Assembly (NCBI GenBank): GCA_964016885.1
Contig: OZ024742.1
Location: 173,972,001 to 174,036,000, forward strand
Reading direction: 5' to 3'
DNA: 64,000 nucleotides
Source: Eledone cirrhosa
Lineage: Eukaryota
Every line of letters starts with the position of its first letter. Position 1 is the stretch's first letter. This document shows positions 26,334 to 37,845 of this stretch, piece after piece. A program made the position numbers and the translations under genes. The notes under the pieces are model-generated. The model was not told the origin of the DNA, ran no database searches, and saw only the letters and a list, made by a program, of their open reading frames with translations.

Positions 26334-26678
26334 AGGCGCATGGCTTAGTAGTTAGAGCATTGGACTTGCAATCGGAAGGTTGTGACTTCGATTCTCGGAC
26401 CGGATGATGCGTTGTGTCCTTGAGCAAGACACTTTATTTCATGTTGCTCCAGTTTACTCAGCCGTAGAAATGAGTTGCGACATCACGGGTGCCAAGCTGT
26501 ATCGGCCATTGCCTCGCCCCTTGGACTTCATCGGTGGCGTAGACAGGGGAGACTGGTATGCATGGGCGACTATTGGTCTTCCACAAACAAACTTGCCTGG
26601 ACTTGTGCCTTGGAGGAAAACTTTCTAGGTGCAAATCCAATGGTCATTCGTGACCGAAGGGGGTCTTTACTCTTTTTT
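26334..26678 (+). mobile_element. tRNA-derived SINE family C (head and centre as B, different tail)
   Basis: GGCGCATGGCTTAGTAGTTAGAGC..TTCGATTCTC..CCTTGAGCAAGACACTT; distinct tail ending GACCGAAGGGGGTCTTTACTCTTT. Confidence 0.8.
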
Positions 26679-27479
26679 TATATATATATACATGGGCTAT
26701 GCTACTCTAATTGTTTGGCATTCAGTAGCAACTATTAGGGTCCTATCTAAATTCTCTTAATTATACATATGTGTATATATATAGGTGTGTGTATGTGTGT
26801 ATGTTCATATATACATATCTATATATGTGTGTATGTTTGTATATATATATATATATATATATATATGTGAGTGTGAGCATATAAATATATATGTGTGTAT
26901 GTGTGTTTATTTATATTAAGTAAGAAGAGGAGAGAGAGTTTTACATATTCCACTTCATTTTATACATCTTATGTCACACCTGTTATGTACAAGTTACCCA
27001 CTTGTACCCAATCTTTCTGGGATAGCTTTCTTTTAGCTCTCTTTGAAGTGAGACTGGTTATCATGCTACCCGTGTATCTAGTTTAAGATACTTAAACAGT
27101 GCCCAAAACACATAACTAATTAGCTTGGTCCATATCTAATAACCAGAGCCCAAACCACATAACCACTTAACTTGGTCCACATCACTTAAAGAGTGCCCAA
27201 ACCCCTTAACAAGATCTTTGGTTTAGTAATGGAAGCTGATATTGGTAAGTAAATACTTAATTCTCTGGGAGCCATGATGCATGTCCACAGTCACATTCTC
27301 CATTGCTGTTTACTCCAGTAACATCATAGCATTCTTTTAATGTGGAGTCATAATAATGGTTTGAAATTTTGGCACAAGGCCAGCAATTTTTGAGAAAATA
27401 GGAAAAAGTCGATTAAATTGGCTCCAATACTTGACTGCTACTTTATTTTATCAATCTCAGATGGATGAGATATGGTGAC

Positions 27480-27800
27480 ATGATGATGATTGTAAAGATG
27501 CTGGTAATGATGATGATGATGATGATGTTGGCAGTGGTGGTGAGAGGAGGAAGAGGAGGAGCAGGAGGAGAAGAAGAAGAAGAAGAAGACGAAGACGAAG
27601 ACGAAGAAGAAAAAGAAAAAGGAAAAGGAAAAGGAAAAGGAAAAAGAAAAAGAAAATGAAAATGAAAAAGAAAATGAAAATGAAAAAGAAGAAATGAACA
27701 AAAGATAAAATGATGAAGAAGTAGAAGTAGGAGTAGAGAAAGAATAAAGTAAAACAGATGGAAAAGAAGGTGACATAGTTGATGAAGGTGAAGATGTCAT
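27480..27800. repeat. Compound purine-rich simple repeat (GAT, GGA, GAA, GAAGAC, GGAAAA)
   Basis: Direct reading. Confidence 0.9.
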
Positions 27801-27910
27801 AGTTGAGCACATGTATGGCTTCTTCTGTTATTAAATTAAAGTGTTTGGATGGTGAGATTATACTGACTTTTGATACCATACATCTTAATAAGCTTTACAT
27901 ATTGAATTAA

Positions 27911-28094
27911 CCCTTTAGCATTTAAACTAAATATCCGGCCAGAATTCTCTCACCTTTTTCTGTTCAAACCGGTTGTAACTGGCCAGTTATACAGATATTA
28001 AGGTATTGTTCTCAAAATAAATAGTATCAAAATCTTGTACGTTCGATATTATGTGAGATAATTGTAAATATAGAGTAATATGAATGCTAAAGGG
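27911..28094. mobile_element. piggyBac-type MITE
   Basis: TIRs CCCTTTAGCATT / AATGCTAAAGGG with TTAA on both sides; inverted partial copy at 34058-34260. Confidence 0.82.
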
Positions 28095-28435
28095 TTAAAT
28101 ACATTGCTCTGAACCTTTGAAAAATATGAAGGGATTAGGAAAGAAAAGGGAATTTCATCCCTTTTTATATGTAGCCAATGGAAATTGTCAAGATGATGAA
28201 ACTGTAATAGTAGAAATGTAAAAGGTCAAGGTAGCATTTGAAGTCAAAGTATATTAAAACCTGAATAAATGTGTGATTCAGTAATGCAACACACAAACAT
28301 ACACACACACACACATACATACAGACACACACACACACACACACACATACACACATATATATATATATATATGCGTGTGAGTGTGTAAGAAGTAAACAGA
28401 ATTAACAAAGCAAATAACACAATACAATAAAGCCG

Positions 28436-28469
<34 letters not shown>

Positions 28470-29235
28470 TTAACGTCCATCATCCACACTAGCATGGGTA
28501 AGATGGGCCTGTCCCATTTAGAGGTAAGTTGGGTCGGGTGACCATGTGTCAATCATATACGACTGTTTCTGGCTGGTTTTCTATGGCTGGATGCCCTTCC
28601 TAGCCCCAACTACATTCATGGTGTCTTTTACATCACCACTTTACAGAGTGTGCTGGGCACTTTTTGCTGTATCACCACCACAACAACTTTACAGCGTCGG
28701 CTGGTGGGCTTCACTGGATGCATATACTTTGGCCTGTCCTGGAGGGGGTGTATGGGAGGGGGTGGGGCATACTGTATATATGCTTTGGCTCGTGCTTGTG
28801 GTAAGTCGGATCTTCTGTATTACTGCATATCACCAGAGATCTCAGCCTTGTGTCATCATGTTTGAGAGATGTAATTGGGCAAGGTCTACTTTTATCACCT
28901 CATCCCAAATCTTCCTGGGTCTCCCCACTCCAAGGCTTCCATCGACTTTGAGCTCTCTGCTGTTCTTTATGCAGCTGTCATCCTTCATACGCCTCACATG
29001 TCGATACCAACACAATCTTCACTCCTGCATACAGCATTCGATACCTCGTATGCCTAGTTTCTCTCTCAGTTCATTTATCCTTCACTGTTTTCATATACTA
29101 CTATTACATATCCATTGGAGCATGCAAGTTTCAATTCTTTCCAATCTATGCAAGTCTTCTGTACACAGCACCCTCATCTCACTACCATATAACATACTTA
29201 TTTGTATGCATGCATCATACAGTCTGCCTTTCATT
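28436..29235 (-). mobile_element. Older RTE LINE 3' fragment
   Basis: Decayed homologue of 14335-14780 ([20 protein letters not shown]) with 3' UTR and (GAT)n tail. Confidence 0.85.
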
Positions 29236-29265
29236 AGTTTAATGCGTGAAATAATAGGAAGAGAG

Positions 29266-29301
29266 TCTTAACGTTTCAGACACTAGTCCTTCATCTGAAG
29301 A
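29266..29301 (-). ncRNA. Degenerate minimal hammerhead motif (Penelope-like)
   Basis: Minus strand: TCTT-CAGATGA-A-GGAC/TAGT/GTCT-GAAA-CG-TT-AAGA. Palindromic ACGT stem III; core U4 changed to A. Confidence 0.5.
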
Positions 29302-29596
29302 TAGAATCAGAAATAAAAGATAAGATTGAAAGATAGAGAGTAAGAGGAGGAAGGAAAGCAAAACAAATTTAAAGAAATCACACATGCATATTCAATCAGC
29401 CATATATACAGGGGCCAGCTATTGAAGAATCAACATCATATGTCCAGCCTACCCTCTGTATCAGGAAAAGAAAATGTTTCTCAAAGAAATTATTGGATTT
29501 TTCCAAACTTAAAAGGTCTGTTATGAACTTTCATTCCTTTATAGGTTTCGCTGTCTGAAGAATTCATGCTATCATAATGAATAGTCTTCAGGGAAA

Positions 29597-30738
29597 TCTG
29601 AGTATAATGGCGTATAATGCAGGCGGACGGCATCCCAGTGAAGCTGCTTCGTCTCATACAAGGCTACCACCGGTCGACTCGGGCTCGAGTGAGGGTCTAT
29701 GGTGGGGAGACGGAGTCGTTCGATGTTGGGACCGGTGTTCAGAAGGGGTGTGCGCTATCGCCAACTCTCTTTAACTACGCCATTGACTACACTCTCAACA
29801 CAGCGCTCCGGGATTACCCGGGCGTAGAGGCCGGGAGAGGGGTCGTGGTGATGGACCTGGCCTATGCGGATGATATTGTGCTGATGGGCACTAATGGGAC
29901 AGATGTACAAGGTGCTCTCGAAAGGGTGCATACTGCAGCCGCCGTTGTTGGTCTACGAATCAATGCCGCCAAGTCGAAAGTCATGATGTCACTGGTCTTA
30001 CCTGATGCCTGGCAGCCAATATCTTTTGAGGGCGTGGACCTGGAGGATGTGGAGTCCTTCATTTACCTGGGCTCAACAGTGGTTCCAATGGGACAGGGCA
30101 CAGCCGAGGTCAAGCATCGCATAGGTGCTGCCAGATCCACTTTTGGGCGCCTCCAGCAGTGTCTGTGGTACAGAAGAGAGATCATCTCGGTGACCAAAGG
30201 GCGAATCTACCAGGCCGTCGTTCGCACTATCCCCCTCTATGGCTGTGAAACATGGCCTATAAGGGTAGTCGATCAACGAGGACTGGAGATCTTCGACAAT
30301 GACAGTCTCCGCCACACTTTTCGCTGCCGACACGTTGATCGGGTACCTACCGCCAGTCTTCGTCTTCGCCTGAAACTACGACTCTTTCCTTCAGTGCTTA
30401 TGCAATGGCACTTGAGATGGTTTGGTCACGCAGCCCAGCGCCCTGAGGGTGAACTGATCCGCGATGTTCTCCTCCCACCTCCACTCCCTAATTGGTGCAA
30501 GCGCGTTGGCGGGCAGCTGAAGACCTGAGCAACAACGATCAAGGAGGACTTCTTCGAACTATCAGGTCCGCATGGAACCGTGCCGATGGAACCATGACTG
30601 GCTCGCTATCTCCAGTGACCTAGCCTGGGACCATCGTGCATGGGTTGCCATGGTTCGGGATGCCATCAGGACAAGGGAAGAGGCCAGTTCAACCCATCCA
30701 GGGTGAATGTTGACACAAGTACAAGGACAGGTAAGTAA
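29597..30738 (+). mobile_element. GC-rich RTE-clade LINE, 5'-truncated (distinct family)
   Basis: ORF 29617..30528: GVQKGCALSPTLF, DLAYADD, GLRINAAKSK, FIYLGS, YGCETW, LRWFGH, GGQLKT; tail ACAAGT/ACAAGG/GTAA. Confidence 0.93.
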
Positions 30739-30837
30739 GAGAAATCAAAACTATAATAAAGGAAGGTCTGCGGGATTGCGTACGGTTTATTTTTTTTTAT
30801 CCCGTTTGTAAAATAAGTTGGATTACTTTGAATAAAT

Positions 30838-30933
30838 AATTGTTTCTACTTTTGGCACAAGGCCAGCAATTACCCAGTGCATTACTGGTACTTTATTTGA
30901 TCGACCCCATAAGGATGAAAGGCAAAGTTAACC
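30838..30933 (-). mobile_element. SINE-A, 5'-truncated, with TSD
   Basis: CTTTGAATAAATAAT is duplicated on both sides. Confidence 0.85.
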
Positions 30934-31516
30934 TTTGAATAAATAATGAATGAATATTACATAATTTATCTACTCAATTTCGTAAACAAAATTAATTTCG
31001 TAAAAATAAATAATTTCAAATTGACTTCTTTTCAAAGTTGCACGTCAGGTGCCACTACTTCAACTACCATATACATAGAAAGAGAGAGTTTGTGATGAGA
31101 GAGATAGAGAGATTATGACTTTCTTGGTATTCAGTTGGATCAGTTAGAGATGTTTGCTTCTGACAGACTCGCTGGAAGGACTCTGGCCCCACAACCCTGT
31201 CAGAAATATGTGGGCGAAGAAGAAGATATTGTCAATTTACTTTTCAATTTACATATATCTATATGCATATATATTTGCGTATAATACCAATAAGCAGACT
31301 ACATGTGCTAGCAGAAAACCGACTGAGGGTGGTTTTTCTGCTAGTATATATAATGGATTTTAAATAAGCCTGAACCAACCCAATATGGCCTCAGGTCTTT
31401 TATTGATATATATACACACACACACACATATATATATACATATTGGATTTTTATACCCTAAACGAAACAATGTATTTCATAGTGTGTGTAGTATTCTGGT
31501 CAGCAGGTATTGAAAT

Positions 31517-31667
31517 AATTGTTTCTACTTTTGGCACAAGGGCAGCAATTACACAGTTCATTACTGGTACTTTATTTAAACAACCCCATAAGGATGAAAG
31601 GCAAAGTTAACCTCAGCAGGATTTGAACTCAGAATGGTAAGGGCCGTAACTCTATGCGTCAAAGCAT
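31517..31667 (-). mobile_element. SINE-A, 5'-truncated
   Basis: Family consensus match including B box. Confidence 0.85.
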
Positions 31668-32209
31668 AAAAATCAGCAAACAAGAAGTGAATTTTTCTTT
31701 GACACAAGATTCATCTGTGTGTAAATCAGAAAAGAAAAGGTATAGTTTAAATAATGGAAATCTAATACAGGGACAGAAGAATATCACATTTTTATTGAAC
31801 CCTAAATCAGCAAATTTACAAAGAAAGTTTGAACTGCAATAGGAATGTGATCTTGAAATCACAAAATATATATTTATTCCCCAGGAGAAAGTTAAAGCAT
31901 GGCTGATATGCAAATTTTTGATGTACAATTTAAACAATGCAAACCAAAATGGTTTTGAAGAGATAAGCAAAACATTTACAGAGAAGTGAGCCGTTTGTTG
32001 CCTTATTTCCTGTAAAAGACATTGCTTTATAATGTTCAAAGAATTGAGAATATGAAAGGATTTAATAGCATTGCTATATTTCATATTATCTAGTTTTGGA
32101 AAATAACTACACAAATGTTCTTACATACAATTATGATGGGAGGTTTTTAGATAAATATAAACACATCAAGACAAACAGTTATGTATTATAAAACCAGTGA
32201 TGGCTTCAG

Positions 32210-32778
32210 GTGATTGGTATTATGATGTATAGATTATTTAACATTATGATGTATACATAATTTGGTATTATGACATGTAGATTGTTTAATATTAGGACAT
32301 GGAGATTGTTTAGTATTATGACATGTAGATGATTCAGTGTTATGACATGTAGATTATTCAGTATTATGACATATAGATTATTTGGTATTATGACATGGAG
32401 ATTATTTAGTATTATGACATGTAGATTGTTTGATATTATGAGATGGAGATTGGTGTTATGATGTAGATTAAACAATTATGACATAGAGATTATTTAGTAT
32501 TATGACATGTAGATTGTTTGATATTTTGAGTTGGAGGTTGGTGTTATGATGTAGATTAAACAATTATGACATAGAGATTATTTAGTATTATGACATGTAG
32601 ATTGTTTGATATTATGAGTTGGAGGTTGGTGTTATGACGTAGATTAAACAATTATGACATGGAGATTATTTAGTATTATGACATGTAGATTGTGTGGTAT
32701 TATAACATGTAACTTGGTGTTATGATGTAGATTATTTGGTAGTATGACATGTAGATTGTTTGGTATTATGACTTGTAG
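32210..32778. repeat. 24-bp minisatellite with an 88-bp higher-order unit
   Basis: Unit approximately AGATTATTTAGTATTATGACATGT; ATTATTTAGT recurs at 32401, 32489, 32577 and 32665. Confidence 0.92.
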
Positions 32779-33719
32779 AGCAGAATCCCCCAAGCAAAAA
32801 TAAGTACAAGCATTTTGTTGAAAAATATAAGAAAATGAAAATCTACATAAAAAAAGAAAATGAAAAACACATTTATGACATGTGGCTATAAAAGAAAGAG
32901 GAGACATCGTATTCAGAAAAATTAATGGAAGGTCACGAGAGGAAAATACAATCACCTACATTAAGGAACTTTTTCCACTCAATTCAGGAAATGTCCCTTC
33001 TCTCTGGTTCCTGGATGAGGAACTCAGGTCAAGAGAGACCCATCCTGTACACAAAATTCTGGCAAGTGAATTGTTTGTTACTGACAGAATTGGTGAAAGA
33101 AAAACGTTTATTCTTTTTATTTTTTATCTCATAATATTTAGGAAAATGTGTGTAAGTGCATCATAGTAGTTGTTTTTTGCAGGAACATTGAATATATTCA
33201 AGTTAATGTCAATGTCATAGGACATTACTTTTTTTTATGTTGAATGCCTATGTCATGCTGACTAATTAAATTTGTTTTCTTTATTGTTGTTGTTTTTTCC
33301 TATTTTGTTGCATTCAATTTACTTTCTCGGTAGGCAATTTTCTTTCTCAGTTGTGTGTCTGGCTGGTAGCCATATTAATTTGAATGTAAACACAATAAGA
33401 TGAAGTTCAAAATGTCCTAATATGACATATTTTGTTTCTCCCATGGTACAGGAGGGATGTCTAGAGAATTCCAGAATGATGTTTGGAAGAAAATATCTGA
33501 AAAGAATTCTTTCTTCAGTTATACTTGGTAAAAAATATAAATTCTGTGATTCAAGAGGACACAAATTTGTCTATAACAAAAACATCATCAATAACAACTT
33601 CAACAACAACAATAATGAGAGCAACAGCAGAAAGAGTAACAACAATAACAGAACAATATATATATATAACTGAAATATAAGGTGCAGAGAATCTGGAATC
33701 TGAAGTTAGAAGAGTAGAT

Positions 33720-34052
33720 TGAAGATGTTGGCTATTGAAGTGAATTTTCTGACTCTACAGAAAGATTGTTTCCTTGACACAGCAGGAACCATAAGAAAGG
33801 TGTATGATATACCCAAGGCTGCAGTAGAAAGAAGTTGGAAGTGTTGGTTGAAGATGGTGGATTTGTGAGATAAATTTCTTTACTCTACATAAAGCTTGTT
33901 TCATTGACACAGCAAAATCCATATGAAAGGTAATATCCTACCCAAGGTTGCAGTAGATAGAAATGTAAACGGTTGTATAGAGTTGAATTTCCTGACTCTA
34001 CAGAAGGCTTGTTTGTATAGTATAGCAATAATGATAAGACAAGTGCTATATA
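33720..34052 (+). repeat. Three decayed tandem copies of an R4/Dong-like 3' end
   Basis: Unit reads LQKDCFLDTAGTIRKVYDI then AGGCTGCAG; compare LQKACLLGTARTLRYVLNI* then GGCTGCAG at 56621-56688. Confidence 0.65.
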
Positions 34053-34057
34053 CTTAA

Positions 34058-34260
34058 CCCTTTAGCAATTACATTACTCTATATATATTATCATATTTTC
34101 ACAGTAAAGTCTTTACTTCACATAATTATCGCACATAATATCAAAGCTACAAGATTCTGATACAATTTATTTTGAGAACAATACATTAACATCAGTAAAA
34201 GTGGCCAGTTACAGCCAGTTTGAACAGAAAGAGGTGAGAGAATTATGGTTAGATATGGCC
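34058..34260. mobile_element. piggyBac-type MITE, partial
   Basis: TTAA-CCCTTTAGCA terminus; interior is the reverse complement of ~27935-28094. Confidence 0.7.
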
Positions 34261-34835
34261 GACACACGACAGCTTGATATCTAGCAATCCAAATACTAGC
34301 AGATGTACAATAAAAGTCTGAGCAAATGGAAGAAATAATAACGATGATGGTTTCTAATTTAGGAACAAGGCTGGCAATTCGGAAGTAGTGGAAAGTCGTT
34401 TATGTCAACCTCAGCTTAACTTGTACTTTATTTCATCAACTCTGTGATGGAAGAAAGCAAAGTTCACTTTGATGAGATTTTAACTTACTATTCTAGAACA
34501 ACACTCACAAGGTAGTTTTTTCAATGATCTAATAACTCTGTCAATTCTCCACCCTTCCTTTTGATTATAATATTCCTAATAAATTAAGTAGCTTTCTGAA
34601 AGGTGACAGACTGAAAAATAGTGGGAGGATTTGATGAATGCACTTGATATACACTCTTCCAGGTAGTCTTGATCAGGTTTTTGCTGACTAGGTTCTTCCT
34701 TCTGCAATCCCAGGGAAATCCTCATATTTTTAAAATATGCATACAACATAGACAGTAATATAGACATGCAGAGAAAAACCTAACTACTTGCAAACAGTTG
34801 CACAATTCTCTCTCTCTCTTTTTCTTTTTATACAC

Positions 34836-34894
<59 letters not shown>

Positions 34895-35692
34895 CATATA
34901 TATATATATGTGTGTGTGCGTGTGTGCGTGTGTCATTATCTTTTACTACCATTATCTCTACATCTATTACTATTATTACTATGACAACCAACTATCTGTT
35001 CTACTATATCCTGGGAAGAGGAAAGATTTCATTCACAAGATAAGGATAAAATCTAAGAAAAGCTTTGCCAATAAAGATAACCTCTGGTCACCTCTGATTC
35101 AAGATTTTACCCTAAGTAATAATAGAATAACCTTAATTTAGTTGATCATATCAACCCTAGTATTTTTACATTTTTTAACTTGGATGAATGTTTTATTGAT
35201 TAGGTTTATCAAACCCATAAATGCATGTCATAAAAACAGACAAACACACAGAAACACATATATTGATAACAGTTAAACATGCATGGTAAGCCTAAACTGA
35301 AATGATTCATTTGTATAAAGTGAAAGATATAACAGGAAAAAAAAAATATATATAAATATACATATATATATTATATATACTCATACATGTGGCTTAGTGG
35401 TTAGAGAATTGAATTCACAAATGTGAAGTTGTGAGTTCAATTCCCGAACAGGAACATAGTATCAGTAAAGTTCAATAGAAACATTGTTTCCTTGGTTTGA
35501 TTTGTCGAGTTCCAGCCCACTGAATAAATGACTGAGGCTAGATCTTGTCAATTGACTCAATATATATCTATATCAATCTACCACTTTCTCTCTCTCTATA
35601 TATATATGCAACACACCAATCAGTAAATAATGATGTAATTGGGTTCAAGCACTCAATGACATATGTCTTCCATGCTGGAGTATACATAGAAT

Positions 35693-36103
35693 AATGATTC
35701 CTACAATAGGCACAAGGCCAACAATTTTGGAGGAAAGGGGAAGTCGATTAAATTAACCCCATTGTGTTACTGATACTTTATTTTATCGACCATGTTATGA
35801 TGAAATGCATAGCTAACTTTGGTGGGATTTGAACACAGAACGTAAAGGGCCGTAACTCTATGTCACTAAACATGTTGTCCGACACTCTACCAATTCACCA
35901 CCCTAGTATACATAAAATAATTGTTTCTACTTTAGGCACAAGGCCAGCAATTATCCAGTGCATTACTGGTACTTTATTTTATCGACCCCGTAAGGATGAA
36001 AGGCAAAGTCAACCTCGGCGGGATTTGAACTCAGATCGTAAAAAGACGTAACTATGCTGGAAAGCATCGCGTCTGACCCTCTACCGATACTGCCAATCAA
36101 TCC
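35693..36103 (-). mobile_element. Older SINE-A relative followed by a younger SINE-A
   Basis: The younger copy (35919-36103) is flanked by the duplication CCTAGTATACATAAAATAAT. Confidence 0.87.
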
Positions 36104-36499
36104 TAGTATACATAAAATAATGATAACTGCGAAGGCCAGTTATAGATATTCATATTTCATTTTATTCCTAATCTGCCGTAATACATATTTCTGTGGCATT
36201 CATGAGTACATAATTTATTTATCATGTAACCATCAACATGATTTCATGAGACCACATTATAAGAAATAGGATTGTTTTGTAACTTTCCTTCTTAAATATA
36301 AGCTATTGACAAGGGTACAGACAGCTTCAATGTTTCTTCATTCACATTCCATAACCTTATGACTTTCAGTTGTTCACAAGCATGCAAGTGGGGGACTGGT
36401 TAACTACCCACCTATCCCCTTCCCTCTGCAAATAATTTACAACTTGCTAAAAGTTTCTGGAACAAACCATCCAGGCTTATATCATAGTCCTTTACCTTT

Positions 36500-36630
36500 C
36501 ACAGTTGGTGCACATGAAATGATAAAAAACGGAACTGAAAAATATTTGGATCAGATACATGGGATTCCATCATTACAAGAGATACAGATAATAATGCTAA
36601 CAGGCACTTTCCATGTCCTATTGATTTAAA
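36500..36630 (+). mobile_element. R4/Dong-like C-terminal fragment (second family)
   Basis: VGAHEMIKNGTEKYLDQIHGIPSLQEIQIIMLTGTFHVL resembles the IGALG..LQK..L.GTA terminus of RLE LINEs. Confidence 0.6.
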
Positions 36631-36653
36631 AGCCTGGCAAAGATATGAACTGT

Positions 36654-37821
36654 TGTGGGTTCCTTCACCACAAATGACACACCAAGGCCTTCTGCCCTCG
36701 ACAATTACGGTGAGGTCTATTACCTCTGGGATCTCCTCAATGCTTTTTTGGTCCGCTTGGATCAGGAGCTCCATCCCAGATCCGGACCAGTTCTCCTCCT
36801 GCTTTTCTTTTGCTATTTCGATTATCTTAGTGTTGGCTTCGATGCCGGCGAGGACGGCAGTTATTAGCCAGGGAATTTTGATGGCCGGTGGAACGTGGGT
36901 GACCCTGATCTTTACGATTCTCTGGCCACAATAGCTTGGGACGAGTGTGAAGTCGTCACTTCTTAATGGGGCCATGGAGTGTTCTCTAGCCTCCTCTGGT
37001 GTTTCAAAGAACACGTCAACGGTTCCATACTTCTACCCACTCGACGCGATTTTATATTAATTTTTCGATAAGACACGGTGCATAGGCGCCGATGCTCCAT
37101 TTTATTAGGTGTGGGGGGGGGATGACCATGTACCCATCTTTCTTTACCATTTTTTTGGCTTCTTTTAATTCCTCCTGAGTTACCTGAAATGCTTCGCACT
37201 GTTTTGCTACTCTGGCAAAACTCAGGGTGGTTTTCTTAATGTCATTGTTGCTGTTGTTGTTATCGTTATTTTTGTTATTATTAATTTTAGTTTCAGTTGT
37301 GGTGGTGGTGGCGTCAGTGGTGTTCGGTGTGGAAGAGTTCATTTTGGTTGAATTAATTTCGGTATCACGAGTTAATTTATTTTTTCTTTGGTTTCTGTTG
37401 TCGCGGTGTGGTGGGGGGTGGGGGTGGCGCCTTTAACACCTGCAGTAATGGCGGGAAATGAATATCTGCCTGAGACAAATTTAAAATATTGCTAATGCTT
37501 ATATATTTAGTGTTAGCAAACGTATTAATATTTACAATGGTGGTGTCGGTGTGAGGTGTTAGTTTGTGAGGAAGGCTGTCAGCTTCGTGTGGCTGTGAGT
37601 CGTCCATGTTTTTTTCAAAGAAAGTTTTTTTTTTATAATTATAAAAATTTAAATTTTGGGCTCAAGGCCCCAATCTTTTTGAGTGTCCTTTTCGGAAAAC
37701 AATGTATGTGCACTTATATACAGTTAACGATAAACATTTTCCATAAATGGCAATTTTAAACAAACGAAAACAACAAACTTTTGCGGAGCTCACGATGAAA
37801 CGATTTACTACGTAGGTCGCC
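36654..37821 (-). mobile_element. Tx1-like LINE 5' part (5' UTR and ORF1)
   Basis: Homologous to ~61300-62545; starts GGCGACCTACG right after (ATT)n; truncated inside the zinc knuckle. Confidence 0.92.
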
Positions 37822-37845
37822 AATAATAATAATATTAATAATAAT

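Noticed and set aside
27438-27879. ORFs with poly-F/S/E/K tracts
   Set aside because: Simple-repeat translations.
32206-32778. CRISPR-like periodicity and LHVIILNN repeat ORF
   Set aside because: No unique spacers, no cas genes, eukaryotic context; a minisatellite.
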